A stretch of 64,000 nucleotides of DNA from a virus (taxonomy: Duplodnaviria; Caudoviricetes). The notes below the pieces were generated by a model. That model was not told where the DNA came from, ran no database searches, and saw nothing but the letters and a program-made list of their open reading frames with translations. Position 1 is the stretch's first letter. Each line of letters begins with the position of its first letter. This document shows positions 21,732 to 33,431 of the stretch, one piece after another. A program made the position numbers and the translations under genes. The DNA lies in IMG/VR virus record IMGVR_UViG_3300035505_000270, positions 1-64,000 of that record; one strand, 5' to 3'.

Positions 21732-22019
21732 ATGTATTCCAAAAAAGAACAGTTATTAAATCTTATCAACAATATAAACGTAGAAAATAAAAACTATTCA
21801 AAGTCCTATTGGTGGGGAATTAATAATCCTTATGCTGATGAAATGGAAAGTTATCCGTATATAAAAAGTATGTTTATATCTGACAATGCTTTTGAAAGAG
21901 CATGGATAAATGAATGTTGGGAACTTGTAAATGATAAAATCGGTTTTTGGGCAGATAATTTAGATTATATTCAAATATTAGAATCCATACTAAGGAGTAA
22001 AAATGAATTATCCAGGTAG
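21732..22019 (+). CDS. Hypothetical protein
   Basis: ORF with promoter and RBS, overlapping the dnaE start. Confidence 0.55.
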   Translation: MYSKKEQLLNLINNINVENKNYSKSYWWGINNPYADEMESYPYIKSMFISDNAFERAWINECWELVNDKIGFWADNLDYIQILESILRSKNELSR

Positions 22020-25000
22020 TTTACATAATCATACCCAGATGTCGAATTTCAGGATTCGGGATTGTATTATTAAAGAGGAAGATTTAATTAATAAAGCAAT
22101 AGAATTAAATCATTCAGTTATAGCAGTTACAGACCATGAAACTATAGCATCTGCAGTGAGAGTAGAAAAAATATATAATAAAATTAAAGAGAAAAATATT
22201 CCATTAAAAGTTATAATGGGTAATGAGATTTATTTATGTAGAGATGGTTTAAATAATGAAAATTATGTAGCGGGAGAAGATAAATATTATCATTTTATTC
22301 TTTTAGCTAAAGATTTGCAAGGCTATCAACAAATTTGTGAATTATCTACTAGAGCTTGGATGAGAAGTTATGTGAGTAGAGGCTTAAGAAGAGTTCCTAC
22401 TTATTATCAAGATATAGTAGAAATTATAGGAAAGAAGCCAGGCCATGTTATTGGTTCTAGCGCTTGCCTTGGTGGTATGCTTGCAACTCAACTTTTAAAA
22501 TATAGAGATACTCAAGAGCAAGACACAGATTTATGGAATAAAATCTTAAATTGGTGTCAATTAATATGTAACACTTTTGGCGGGAAAGATTATTTTTATT
22601 TAGAATTACAGCCTTCTGCTTCAAAAGAGCAAACATATGTAAATAGAAAATTAATAGAAATATCTAATTTATTAAATATAGATTATATTATTACTACAGA
22701 TTCTCATTATTTACAAAAAGAAGATAAAAATATTCATAAAGCTTTTCTTCATGCCCAAGATGGAGATAGAGAAGTAGATTCATTTTATGCTACAACTTAT
22801 TTAATGAACACAGAAGAATTAGAATCTCATTTAGATTTAACAAGAGAGGAATTAGATAGGGCTTATAGTAATATTACAAAAATTCAAAATTTATGTGAAG
22901 ATTATTCTATTTTAAAACCTTTAAAAATTCCTAGTCTTAAATGGAATGATTATAGTAATATTTCTTTAACTCAAGAATGGATAGATAAAATTCCTATGTT
23001 AGAAACTTTTAATAATTCTTCTTTCGACGGAGATAAAAAATTAGTTAAAGCAATAATAGTAGGTATTAATAAACATGAAGATTTACAAAATCAAGAAGCT
23101 TATAATGAAATTAATAGCAATCTGCAAATGACTTGGGTATCTTCTAACGTAAATAAAGCACATTGGTCAGCCTATTATCTTAATCTTCAAAAGATTATAG
23201 ATTTATGTTGGGAAGCAAATTCTATAGTAGGCCCAGGAAGAGGCTCAGGTGTAGGTTTTATTCTTTTATATTGTTTAGGTATTACACAAATTAATCCTTT
23301 AAGAGAAGAAACTAAAACTTATAGTTGGAGATTAACCCATAGGGTTTAAAGGTCTCCTAGGCATGGTGACATGCCTACAAAAAACCTCGTGAACGCAAGA
23401 AAAAGCGGTGTGAAATTATTAAAATTAATTTTGCTAACGGTGGACAGTTTTAATTAAACTCAATACCGTGCTTTTTTACTTTTCATTGGAAAAACAAGTG
23501 AAAGTAAGGAGTGTATCGACTATTCCTGATGAGTGTAAGGAAGTAGAATAGATTTTATCACTATTCGAAGCGCGAGGACTCTCCTTTATTTTCTTTTAAA
23601 CCGAAAGGAGAAAATAAATGGGACATATTTATAAAATTACAAATTTAATTAACCAAAAAGTTTACATAGGGCAAACTATTAAAACAGTTGAAAAAAAGAT
23701 TTCAACAACATAAAAATAATAGTAATAAAGAGTACTTTTCTCAAATTATTTTATATAAAGCATTTAATAAATATGGTATTAATAACTTTAAATGTGAAGA
23801 AATTGAAGAAATTGATAATGAATATTTAAATGAAAGAGAAAAATATTGGATAGAATATTATGATAGTTATTTTAATGGTTACAATAGCACCTTGGGCGGA
23901 AGAGCTACTCAATTATATAATTGGGATATAGATGATATTATAAAAAATATATGAGATTAAAATCTGCTCGGAAGGTAGCATTAGAAATTGGCTGTGATCA
24001 TTCAACTATAGATAGAATATTGAATGAAAATGGAGTTAAACGATTTACCCCAGGACAGCAACAATCAAAACCATTAATTATAATAGATAAAGAAAATAAC
24101 AAACATAATTTTGAAACGACAAGAGAAGCTGCTGAATGGTTAATTAAAAATAAATACACAAAAATGATAAATCCTACAATAGTAAGGCAAGAAATATGTA
24201 ATAGGATTAAAAATAATAAAAAGTATTTAGGTTTGGAAATATTTTATAAAGGAGAGTAAGAGATAGTCAGCTCCATTGGTGACAATGGAAAAAGTGTTTT
24301 GAACCCAGAACGTGTATCTGTTCTTGATATTGATTTTGATATAGAAGGTAGTAAAAGAGCACAAGTTTTATCAAAATTTAGAGAATTTTATGGTGAAGAT
24401 AGAGTATCAAATGTAATTACTTTTAGAACAGAAAAAACTAAATCTGCTATATTAACTGCAGCAAGAGGCTTAGGTATAGATAATGATGAGGCACAGTATT
24501 TAGCAAGTCTCATTCCCGCAGATAGAGGTCAAATAAGAAGTTTATCAGAAGTATATTATGGTAATCCCGAAAAAGATTTTAAACCAGTTACCGCCTTTGT
24601 TCAAGCTATGGATACAGATTACCAAGAACTGTGGCAAGTAGCTCAAAAAATAGAAGGGTTAATATGCGGAACAGGTATTCATGCGGGTGGTGTTATCTTC
24701 GTGGATGAACCCTTTACCTTATCTACTGGATTAATGCGAGCGCCGGATGGTACAATCTGTACTCAATTTGATCTTCATGACGCAGAGGCCGTGAGCCTTA
24801 TCAAGTATGATGCGCTCTCAGTCGAGGCTATGGATAAACTTCATGTCTGTCTTGATTTAATTTGCAATTATGGATATGAAACAAGAGAAGCTACTTTACG
24901 TGAAACATACGAAAAAATTATAGGTATTTATAAATTAGATAGAACATCTGAAGATATGTGGAAAATGGTGTGGGAACATAAAATTTTATCATTATTTCAG

Positions 25001-26830
25001 ATGGAACAGCAAAGTGGTATTCAAGGTATAGCTTTAGCCAAGCCAAAAAGTGTTAACGACCTTAGTGTTTTAAATTCAGTTATCAGACTAATGGCGCCAG
25101 ATAAGAATAGCGATACCCCTTTGGTAACTTGGTCTAAATATCGTAAAAATATCAATTTGTGGTTAAAAGAAATGCGAAATTATGGATTAAGTCAAGAAGA
25201 AATAGATTGGTTATCTAGCCATTCTGCCATTACAGACGGGATCTGTGAGTCACAAGAGGGGCTAATGTCATTAGTCCAAGAACCTAGATTAGGCGGAAAT
25301 ACCTTAACTTTTGCAGATAAATGTAGAAAAGGTATTGCAAAAAAGCAAGGTAAGCTATTCCAAGAATGCGAAGATATATTTTATGAAAACATTAAAAAGA
25401 ACAATTGTTCAGAAAAATTGGCACATTATGTGTGGGATGTACTGCTTAAAGTACAGCGTGGATATTCTTTTAATAGATCGCATTGTCTTGCATATTCTTT
25501 AGTAGCCTTACAAGAGATGAATTTAGCATATAAATATCCAATTATTTTTTGGAGTTGTGCTTGTTTAATTAGCAATAGTGGTTCTTTAGAAGATAATGGT
25601 ACTACTGACTATGCAAAAACTGCAAAAGCACTAGGGGATATTATTTCAAGAGGAATTAAAGTAACTTTAGTAGATATTAATAAATCTAATTTTAGTTTTG
25701 AACCTGATGTAGAGAATAATCAAATCTTGTTTGGTTTAAAAGCATTAAGTGGTATTAATACAGATGTTATTAATAAAATTATTGCGGGCCGCCCTTATAA
25801 AAGTTTTATTGACTTTTTAAATCGTTGTCCATTAAATAAAACCGCTATGATTTCTCTTATTAAAGCGGGAAGCTTTGATAACCTTGAGGAGCAATGGGCA
25901 AAAGAGTTAAATATTGAACCTAGAGTTTTAATTATGATTTATTATATTTTAAAAGTTAGTGAGCCTAAGAAAAAATTAACTTTACAAAACTTTAATGGTT
26001 TAATACAAAGAAATTTAGTGCCAGAAGATTTAACTTTCACAAAGCGAATATATATATTTAATGATTACTTAAAGAAAAATAAAAAAGTAGGAAAATATTA
26101 TGTATTTGACGAAGCTTGTGATAGATTTTATTCTCAATTCTTTAATATGGAATTATTACAAGTAATTAATGGTTATACTTGTATTTTACAATCTAATTGG
26201 GAAAAGATATATCAGAAAGAAATGGATGCGGCCAGGGCTTGGTTGACAAATAACCAAGATTCGGTGCTTAAAGAGTTTAATTATCTTTTATTTAAAGAAT
26301 CTTGGGATAAGTACGCAGAAGGCACTATATCAGCATGGGAAATGGAAGCATTATGTTTTTATTATCACGAGCATGAATTAATAAATATTAATACATATAG
26401 ATACGGAGTGATAGATTTCTTTAACCTACCTGAAGATCCTCAAGTTGATTATTTCTTTAAGAGAAATGGAAAAGAAATTCCTATTTATAAGTTATACAAA
26501 ATCATAGGTACGATAATTAGTAAAGACGATGCTAAATCATCAGTAACTATTTTAACAACTCGTGGTGTAGTAACAGTAAATTTTACTAAAGAATATTATG
26601 CTATGTATAACCGCAGAATATCAGAAATAGAAGCGGATGGTAGCAAAAAAGTTAAAGAAGAAGGTTGGTTTAAGCGTGGAACCAAGATTATGGTGACGGG
26701 CTTCCGCAGAGAAAATCAATTTGTAGCCAAAACCTATCAAAAAACTGAATCACATCAATTGTATAAAATTGTACAAGTAAATAATGATACAATGATATTA
26801 GAACATAATAGATATGGACAAGGAGAGTAA
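22003..26830 (+). CDS. dnaE: DNA polymerase III alpha subunit, split by group I intron (exons 22003-23332, 24297-26830)
   Basis: PHP domain (HNHT, TDHE, TTDSHY), GPGRGSG, WRF|LNPERVSVLDIDFD, GIHAGG, YSFNRSH, C-terminal OB fold. Confidence 0.93.
23333..24296 (+). mobile_element. Group I intron (IA2-like) in dnaE
   Basis: P1 GGAGAU/GUCUCC; GCTAACGGTG...AATACCGTGC; ATCGACTA/AAGAGATAGTC; terminal G24296; junction T|TT restores Phe. Confidence 0.92.
23618..24259 (+). pseudogene. GIY-YIG homing endonuclease with two frameshifts
   Basis: HIYKITNLINQKVYIGQT from ATG 23618; +1 A at ~23691-23697 and -1 A at ~23942-23947. Confidence 0.8.
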
Positions 26831-26832
26831 CA

Positions 26833-27126
26833 ATGACAAATGATATTGTAAATCATCCAAATCACTATTGCAGAGAAGGGGCTATGGAAACAATTGATGA
26901 AATGCTCCTTCTCTTCGGAGAAGAAGAAGTAAAAAGTTTTTGTAAGCTTAATGCTTGGAAATATAGAAGCAGGGCTTTGTATAAAAACAAAGAAGAAGAT
27001 ATTGCAAAAAGTGATTGGTATTTAAAAAAATATAAGGAATTGCAAGAAAACAATAAAAATAATATTACTATTACTACTCCACACCCAGAGTATATTAGTA
27101 CTACCCTCCTGGGTAATAATAATTAA
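26833..27126 (+). CDS. DUF3310-like phage protein
   Basis: VNHPNHY...N..KY..R...K...EDI.K..WYL pattern. Confidence 0.75.
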   Translation: MTNDIVNHPNHYCREGAMETIDEMLLLFGEEEVKSFCKLNAWKYRSRALYKNKEEDIAKSDWYLKKYKELQENNKNNITITTPHPEYISTTLLGNNN

Positions 27127-27196
27127 TTTATATTAGAAAAAATTTATAATAATTATAAGCCTTAAAATAATAATGAAATAATTAGGAGGATAATTA

Positions 27197-30100
27197 ATGA
27201 TAGTAATTAAAAAAAGAGATGGCTCTTTACAGCAATTTAATCAAAATAAAATTATAAATGCGGTGCTTGCTGCGTTTAAAGCTGTAGATGGGGAACTTGA
27301 TGAATATGCTTATACTAAAAGCGGTAATATAGCTAATTTCATTCAAGAGCAAGTTGAAAATGCAGATCATATTCTCAATGTAGAAGAGATACAAGACTAC
27401 GTTGAAAAAGGTCTTATGGCAACAAAAAGAAAAAACGTAGCGAGAGCCTATATTACCTATCGTAATGAAAGAACTCGCGCAAGAGGTAATTTAACAGACC
27501 ATACATTACTAGAATATTTAAGCGGACAGAGTACTTATTGGAATGAAGAAAATTCTAATAAAGATGCAAAAGTAGTAACAACTCAACGAGATTATATTGC
27601 GGGAATTGCTTCTACAGATATTGCTCGTAGATTTTTATTACCGCAAGACGTATGTGAAGCACATGACCAAGGTATAATTCATCAGCATGATATGGATTAT
27701 ATGGCACAGAACGCCTTAACTAATTGCTGTCTAATAAATCTTGATGATATGTTGCAAAATGGTACTAAAATTAATGGAGTTAGAATAGATCCACAGCATC
27801 GAATTGGTACTGCAACTACAGTAGCTACTCAAATCGTAACAGCGGTGGCTAGTTCACAGTATGGTGGCTCTACTATCACGCTCGCACATTTAGCTCCTTT
27901 CGTAAGGTCAAGCTGGAAAGAGCATTATAATAAATATCTTACTCGTGGGTTAGAGGATAAGCAGTCTCAGCAATTTGCAGACGAAGATTTGGCAAGAGAA
28001 GTAAAAGATGCTGTTCAAACTTTTAATTATCAAATTAATTCAATGAGTACAACCAATGGACAAGCTCCTTTTCTTTCTGTTGTAATGTGGGTTAGTGAAA
28101 ACCCAGAATACGAAAAAGAAAATGCTATTCTTATTGAAGAATTTTTAAAACAAAGAATTTTAGGAATGAAAAATGAAAAAGGTGTGTATGTAACTCCCGC
28201 TTTTCCTAAATTATTATATGTATTAGATGAAAATAATATTAAAGAAAATTCTAAATATTGGTATTTAACTAAATTAGCAGCGCAATGCACTGCAAAAAGA
28301 ATGGTTCCTGATTATATTTCAGCTAAGAAAATGCGAGAATATAAGGTTAACCGTTTCGGACAGGGCGATGTCTATGGATGCATGGGATGTCGTTCGTTCC
28401 TTACGCCAGACCGTTGTACGGAAAATTATGCCAAGGCTCTTAATTATGATCCTACAAAAGGAAAATATTATGGTCGGTTGACCCGAAAGTTAAGCCGACT
28501 TAAAATTGCGTGAACTTAAGAAAAAAAGGTGTGAGCGATATGCTTGCTAACGGTGAAAGCCGAAAGGACAATACCGTGCCAAGTCTTAAATATAATAACT
28601 AATTAAAAAGGAGTTTTTATATGAAAACAATATCTATACAAGGAATTACATATAAACAATTTAAAGATACAAAATATTATTGTAGCAAAGACGGAAAAAT
28701 TTATTCAGATTTTTCTCAAAAGATATTAAAACCATTAATAAAAAACATTGGCAATAAACAATACTATTATATTGATATTAATTTTGGAAATGGACAAAAG
28801 CATTATCCTATTCATAAAATTGTATATGAAACATGGATAGGACAAATAGATAATAATTTATTTGTCTTGCATAAAGATGACAATAGTCTTAATAATAATA
28901 TAGATAATTTATATTTAGGAACTCAACAACAGAATATAAAAGATTGCCAAAATAATAATCATAGAATAGGTAATACTTGGATTTTAACCGTCTATGACAA
29001 AGAAAAAAAAGAAACTGTTACTTTTTGTCCAGCAAAAGAGTTTATAACATATAGTGAACATTCTTGTAAAAATGGTGGCATTAAAAGGGTGTTTACTAGA
29101 AATTGGTTTAAACAAAGATATGATATTATTGATTATTATTTATGTAAATCCTTAGATATAAAGAAAGGTGTAACGACTATGGGTGATGAATGTAGCCCAG
29201 TAGAGTAGATTTTATCACTACTCGAAGCGCGCAACACTTATAAAAGTGAAGAGATAGTCTAATTTAAAATTGTTAACATGGGTGTAACTACCATTAATCT
29301 TGTAGACCTAGCTTTAAGTTCCAAAGGCAACCTCCGCACATTTTGGAAACTCTTTGAACAAAGAACTGAATTATGTCACAAAGGACTTCGTGCAAGAATT
29401 GATAGATTATTAAAAGTAACTTCAGATGTAGCACCTATACTTTGGCAGGATGGCGCCTTTGCACGGCTAAATAAAGGTGAAAGTTTAACTGATTTAATTC
29501 ATCATGGCTATTCAACTGCAAGTTTAGGCTATGCAGGGTTATATGAGTGTGTTAAATATATGACAGGTCATTCTCATACTGATGGTGCAGAAGGAGAGAA
29601 ATTTGGACTTGAAGTTATGCAAGCTTTAAATGATAAATGTAATCAATGGAAAGAAGCGGAAGATATAGATTATAGTTTATATGGTTCTCCTATTGAATCT
29701 ACAACATATAAATTTGCGCAGTCCTTAAAGAAAAGATTTGGGGATGATGTTTTTATTAAGCTCGATGGAAAAGACAGAAACTATATAACTAATAGCTACC
29801 ATGTCCCAGTTTTTGAAAAGATTTCACCTTTTGATAAATTATCAATAGAAGCAAAATTCCAAAAACTCAGTCCAGGCGGAGCAATTTCTTATATAGAATG
29901 TGCAGATTTAACACAAAATATAAATGCAGTTTTAACTGTAATTCAGTTTATTTATGACAATATTATGTATGCGGAATTAAATACAAAATCAGATTATTGC
30001 CAAGAGTGTGGTTTCGATGGAGAAATTCTTATTGATGATAATAATGAATGGTATTGCCCAAATTGCGGAAATCGCAATCACAATACTTTAAATGTAGCAA

Positions 30101-30201
30101 GACGTACGTGTGGATATATTGGCTCCCATTTTTGGAACTATGGAAGAACAAATGAAATTAAAGATCGATACGTTCATTTAGGTGGAGAAGAAATAGTATG
30201 A
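27197..30201 (+). CDS. nrdD: Anaerobic ribonucleoside-triphosphate reductase, split by group I intron (exons 27197-28478, 29273-30201)
   Basis: ATP cone, NCC, MGCRSFL finger loop, YYGRF|NMGVTTINL, C-terminal CxxC-CxxC and RRTCGYI glycyl-radical motif. Confidence 0.95.
28479..29272 (+). mobile_element. Group I intron (IA2-like) in nrdD
   Basis: P1 GGUCGGU/GCCGACU; GCTAACGGTGAAAG...AATACCGTGC; ACGACTA/AAGAGATAGTC; terminal G29272. Confidence 0.93.
28621..29208 (+). CDS. HNH homing endonuclease
   Basis: HKIVYETWIG...VLHKDDNSLNNNIDNL...QNIKD; open frame with AAGGAG RBS. Confidence 0.88.
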   Translation: MKTISIQGITYKQFKDTKYYCSKDGKIYSDFSQKILKPLIKNIGNKQYYYIDINFGNGQKHYPIHKIVYETWIGQIDNNLFVLHKDDNSLNNNIDNLYLGTQQQNIKDCQNNNHRIGNTWILTVYDKEKKETVTFCPAKEFITYSEHSCKNGGIKRVFTRNWFKQRYDIIDYYLCKSLDIKKGVTTMGDECSPVE

Positions 30202-30716
30202 GAATAGCAGGACTAATTAAAAATGATGTAGTAAATGGAATCGGAGTTTGTGTATCTCTTTTTACCCAAGGATGTCCGCATCACTGCAAGGGTTGCTTTA
30301 ATCAAGATACTTGGGATTTTAATGGTGGCTATGAATCAGAAGAAATAAAATGGGATATTATTAAAGCAATAGGAGAAAATGGTATCATAAGAAATTTCTC
30401 TGTTCTAGGCGGGGAGCCTCTCTGCCCAGAGAATAGAGCTGCAGTAAAAGATATAATATCTGCAGTGCGAATGGCATATCCGCATATTAAAATCTTCGTA
30501 TGGACTGGATATACTTTAGCTGAATTGCAAAAGGAAAAAGATAAAGATTTAGATTGCATTTTTTCTAATATAAATTATTTAATTGATGGACAATTTGTTC
30601 AAGAGGAAAAAGATTTATCCTTGTGGTTGCGCGGCAGCCGCAATCAGAATGTCTATCAAGTAACAGAAGATAAACAATTTGTTAAAATAGATAAAGGAGA
30701 TAAGGATAATGAGTAA
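30198..30716 (+). CDS. nrdG: Anaerobic RNR activating enzyme
   Basis: GCPHHCKGCFN radical-SAM motif, GGEP, WTGY, DG.F, RGSRNQ. Confidence 0.95.
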   Translation: MRIAGLIKNDVVNGIGVCVSLFTQGCPHHCKGCFNQDTWDFNGGYESEEIKWDIIKAIGENGIIRNFSVLGGEPLCPENRAAVKDIISAVRMAYPHIKIFVWTGYTLAELQKEKDKDLDCIFSNINYLIDGQFVQEEKDLSLWLRGSRNQNVYQVTEDKQFVKIDKGDKDNE

Positions 30717-31119
30717 CAATGAATCTAAGGATATAGCTGTAGGTACAATGTACCAATTAAATAAAAACTTAGTCATACAGAATGAAAAACCGCTCAAGCC
30801 TTTTGAAATTAAAGATAAAATAAAAGAAATAAAAAACTTTTTCAAAACAAGTAATAATACTTATTTCATGTTATTATGCCATGAACAAAGAGATTATACA
30901 TTATTTAACTTCTTAGAAAAAGATATTGCTGCCATATCGACAAGTGGAAATGACATTCAAGAATGCTTAGAGAATAGAGGTATTATCCTTGGTATTGATT
31001 TAACCGAAGATAAAAATGCTTATGAAATCTGGCTAAGTATCAACGATGAAGCTTTTTGCTATTATCTTTTCCCTTATGACTTAGGTGTCATAGAAATTGG
31101 AGGTTCTTATGAGTCGTAA
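30709..31119 (+). CDS. Hypothetical protein
   Basis: Coupled ORF in operon. Confidence 0.6.
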   Translation: MSNNESKDIAVGTMYQLNKNLVIQNEKPLKPFEIKDKIKEIKNFFKTSNNTYFMLLCHEQRDYTLFNFLEKDIAAISTSGNDIQECLENRGIILGIDLTEDKNAYEIWLSINDEAFCYYLFPYDLGVIEIGGSYES

Positions 31120-31372
31120 AATAGTTGGATTGATTAGACCATTTGATGTGAAACAAAATTTTTATGTTTATGAAGATGGTAATAAATTAGGAGATACTAC
31201 TGCTACTATTGATACTCTTAATGATACTATTTTTTCATTAACTGATGAATATAATGTTACAAAAGTAGATTTAGTAGGTCCTAAGCAATATATCCGCGGA
31301 TTGTCAAAAAAACTTCAAGAGGCGGAAATAGCTAAATACAATGAAAATAAAATTGAAATTAATATAGTATAG
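31109..31372 (+). CDS. Hypothetical protein
   Basis: GGAGG RBS before ATG 31109. Confidence 0.6.
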   Translation: MSRKIVGLIRPFDVKQNFYVYEDGNKLGDTTATIDTLNDTIFSLTDEYNVTKVDLVGPKQYIRGLSKKLQEAEIAKYNENKIEINIV

Positions 31373-31393
31373 ATTAAAAGGAGATAAAAGGAT

Positions 31394-31651
31394 ATGGGAA
31401 AATATTTATTAAAGGTTGAAGAAACTTATAGAGTAGATAATGAAGCAGAAGCGGCTGCACTTATTGAAGAAGCTAAGAAAGATAATCACTTTGAATTAGC
31501 TAAATATACTTCTGTAAAGAGGCAGCGCAAAGTCAAGGGCGAAATCGAAGATGAGTGGGTCCGAACCACGCTCACAAAGATTTTTGATGATGAACGTGAA
31601 CCTATAGGCTCCGCTTCTATTAGCTATAATACTTCAGGAAGTGCATTTTAG
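31394..31651 (+). CDS. Hypothetical protein
   Basis: AAGGAG RBS. Confidence 0.6.
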   Translation: MGKYLLKVEETYRVDNEAEAAALIEEAKKDNHFELAKYTSVKRQRKVKGEIEDEWVRTTLTKIFDDEREPIGSASISYNTSGSAF

Positions 31652-31665
31652 GAGGATTTAACATA

Positions 31666-32103
31666 ATGAAGATGAATATTAAATTAACAGATGATAATGC
31701 ACATATTCCTTCAAGAGGTAGCAAATATAGCGCAGGTTATGATTTATATGCCGCTATTGATGAACCTGTAAAAATTAACCCTCATTCTACAGAAAAGATT
31801 AGTGCGGGAATCGCTATTGCGCTACCAGAAAATACTTTTGGAGCTATCTTTGCACGTAGTGGATTGGCTACGAAACAAGGCCTACGTCCAGCGAATTGTG
31901 TCGGTGTCATTGATGCAGATTACCGAGGTAGTGTGATTGTACCCTTACATAATGATAGCGAAGAGGTAAGAACAATAGAGCCAAAAGAAAGAATTGCTCA
32001 ATTAGTAGTTTTACCTTTTATCCCAGTTGAATTTAATCTTGTAGAAGATTTGGATGAAACAGAGCGCGGGAGTGGAGGGTTTGGTTCAACCGGAGTCAAT
32101 TAA
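31666..32103 (+). CDS. dut: Trimeric dUTPase
   Basis: SAGYDL, ARSGLA, GVIDADYRG, ERIAQLV, RGSGGFGSTG. Confidence 0.96.
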   Translation: MKMNIKLTDDNAHIPSRGSKYSAGYDLYAAIDEPVKINPHSTEKISAGIAIALPENTFGAIFARSGLATKQGLRPANCVGVIDADYRGSVIVPLHNDSEEVRTIEPKERIAQLVVLPFIPVEFNLVEDLDETERGSGGFGSTGVN

Positions 32104-32115
32104 TATTTTAAATAT

Positions 32116-32150
32116 ATAAGAGTAACTTTAATTAGTTACTCTTATTTTTT
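32116..32150 (+). terminator. Intrinsic terminator after dut
   Basis: ATAAGAGTAAC/GTTACTCTTAT stem plus T run. Confidence 0.7.
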
Positions 32151-32162
32151 TACTAAAACTCC

Positions 32163-32191
32163 TTGACAACTGAAAAATTTTGTGGTATAAT
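32163..32191 (+). promoter_or_regulatory. Consensus sigmaA promoter
   Basis: TTGACA-17bp-TATAAT with TG extension. Confidence 0.85.
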
Positions 32192-32217
32192 CTAGGTAAA
32201 GTTAAGGAGGCTTATAA

Positions 32218-32700
32218 ATGATTTTAACATTGGATCTTTCTTCTAAATCTAGCGGTTGGTGCGTTGGAGATGGAAGTAAAATTATAGATTATGGATGTAT
32301 AACTTCTACAAGTACATCTAATTTAAAAAGAATTATTATCATGCGAGATGGTATTAAAGAGATTTTAAATAAATATAATATTAAAGAAATTGTAATAGAA
32401 GAAGTAAGAACCGATTATAAAAATGCTCATACTTATAAAATATTAACTTGGCTTCAAGGAGTTATTGCGGTTGCCGCCTATGAGATTAACCCCAAGATCA
32501 ACATTACCTATATCCAGCCTTCGTCCTGGAGGTCTAAAATAGGAATCCATACCGGCCGCAGTATAAAAAGAGAAGAACTCAAAAAAGCAGATATTGAATA
32601 TGTAAAAAATAAATATGGAATTGAAGCTAATGATGATATTTGTGATGCTATTTGTATCTATGATTCTACTTTAATATCAACAGAAGAAAGTGCTTGGTAA
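32218..32700 (+). CDS. RuvC-like Holliday junction resolvase
   Basis: LTLDLSSKSSG, IVIEE, PSSWR, DDICDAI. Confidence 0.8.
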   Translation: MILTLDLSSKSSGWCVGDGSKIIDYGCITSTSTSNLKRIIIMRDGIKEILNKYNIKEIVIEEVRTDYKNAHTYKILTWLQGVIAVAAYEINPKINITYIQPSSWRSKIGIHTGRSIKREELKKADIEYVKNKYGIEANDDICDAICIYDSTLISTEESAW

Positions 32701-32708
32701 ACAAAAAT

Positions 32709-32734
32709 GGGAGATAGCTTTTACACTATCTCCC
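32709..32734. terminator. Bidirectional terminator between the convergent arms
   Basis: GGGAGATAG/CTATCTCCC stem with A tract 5' and T tract 3'. Confidence 0.75.
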
Positions 32735-32739
32735 TAATT

Positions 32740-32979
32740 TTATTTTGTCACTTTACTTTCCATGCGCGACTCGTGTTCCATGTAAGGCAGAGTATGATAC
32801 TCTACTTCTTCTTTTGATTCCATCGCTTTAGATACATGACAGTAATAGATAGCTTCTTCTATGTCTTTAATCATATCTATTACTTCACCTAACTCAGCGG
32901 TATCGACTGTCCTTAGATCGCTCATATGCGCCATCGCCGCATCTATTAAAGTATTTTTAATATGTCTTAATCTTTCCAT
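32740..32979 (-). CDS. Cassette gene 5: small helical hypothetical protein
   Basis: AGGAGG RBS before ATG 32979; LGEVIDMIKDIEEA.YY. Confidence 0.65.
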   Translation of the reverse strand: MERLRHIKNTLIDAAMAHMSDLRTVDTAELGEVIDMIKDIEEAIYYCHVSKAMESKEEVEYHTLPYMEHESRMESKVTK

Positions 32980-32989
32980 GCGTTCCTCC

Positions 32990-33412
32990 TTATGCGACTC
33001 TTTCAACCAATAAATTTGCATTTTGAATATTAATTGATTGAGTACTAACATTTTTTATAGTAATTTGAGAGCAGCATCCCGCAGGAACGTCTATAAATAC
33101 TGAGCTTGATACATTATTAAATTGACCTACAGTAGTAGTTGTGGATGTCATAATTGAACTATCTAAGGCCTCTCCATTTTCAGCTATAGCGATAGAAATT
33201 GCTCCTGAAGTACCAGTAGTAGGAATAGCTAAATTTCCATTAAAGGATACTTTATATCTTGCGCGGGACTGGCGTGTGAGACCGCGCAAGGTCACTAACC
33301 CACTGCCGCTTCTATGTAAGATTGAACAATTTCCGCCGATAGGTTCATTGGTAAATAATATATCTTGATTTGCGGCTACTGTTTGAACAGCGTTTGCTGT
33401 ATATTCAGCCAT
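32990..33412 (-). CDS. Cassette gene 4: beta-sandwich protein, possibly BclA-CTD/C1q-like
   Basis: Alternating beta-strand pattern (ILFTN, GLVTL, YKVSFNGN, NANLLVER); fold is inference. Confidence 0.5.
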   Translation of the reverse strand: MAEYTANAVQTVAANQDILFTNEPIGGNCSILHRSGSGLVTLRGLTRQSRARYKVSFNGNLAIPTTGTSGAISIAIAENGEALDSSIMTSTTTTVGQFNNVSSSVFIDVPAGCCSQITIKNVSTQSINIQNANLLVERVA

Positions 33413-33431
33413 TGTTTTTCATCCTCCTTCT

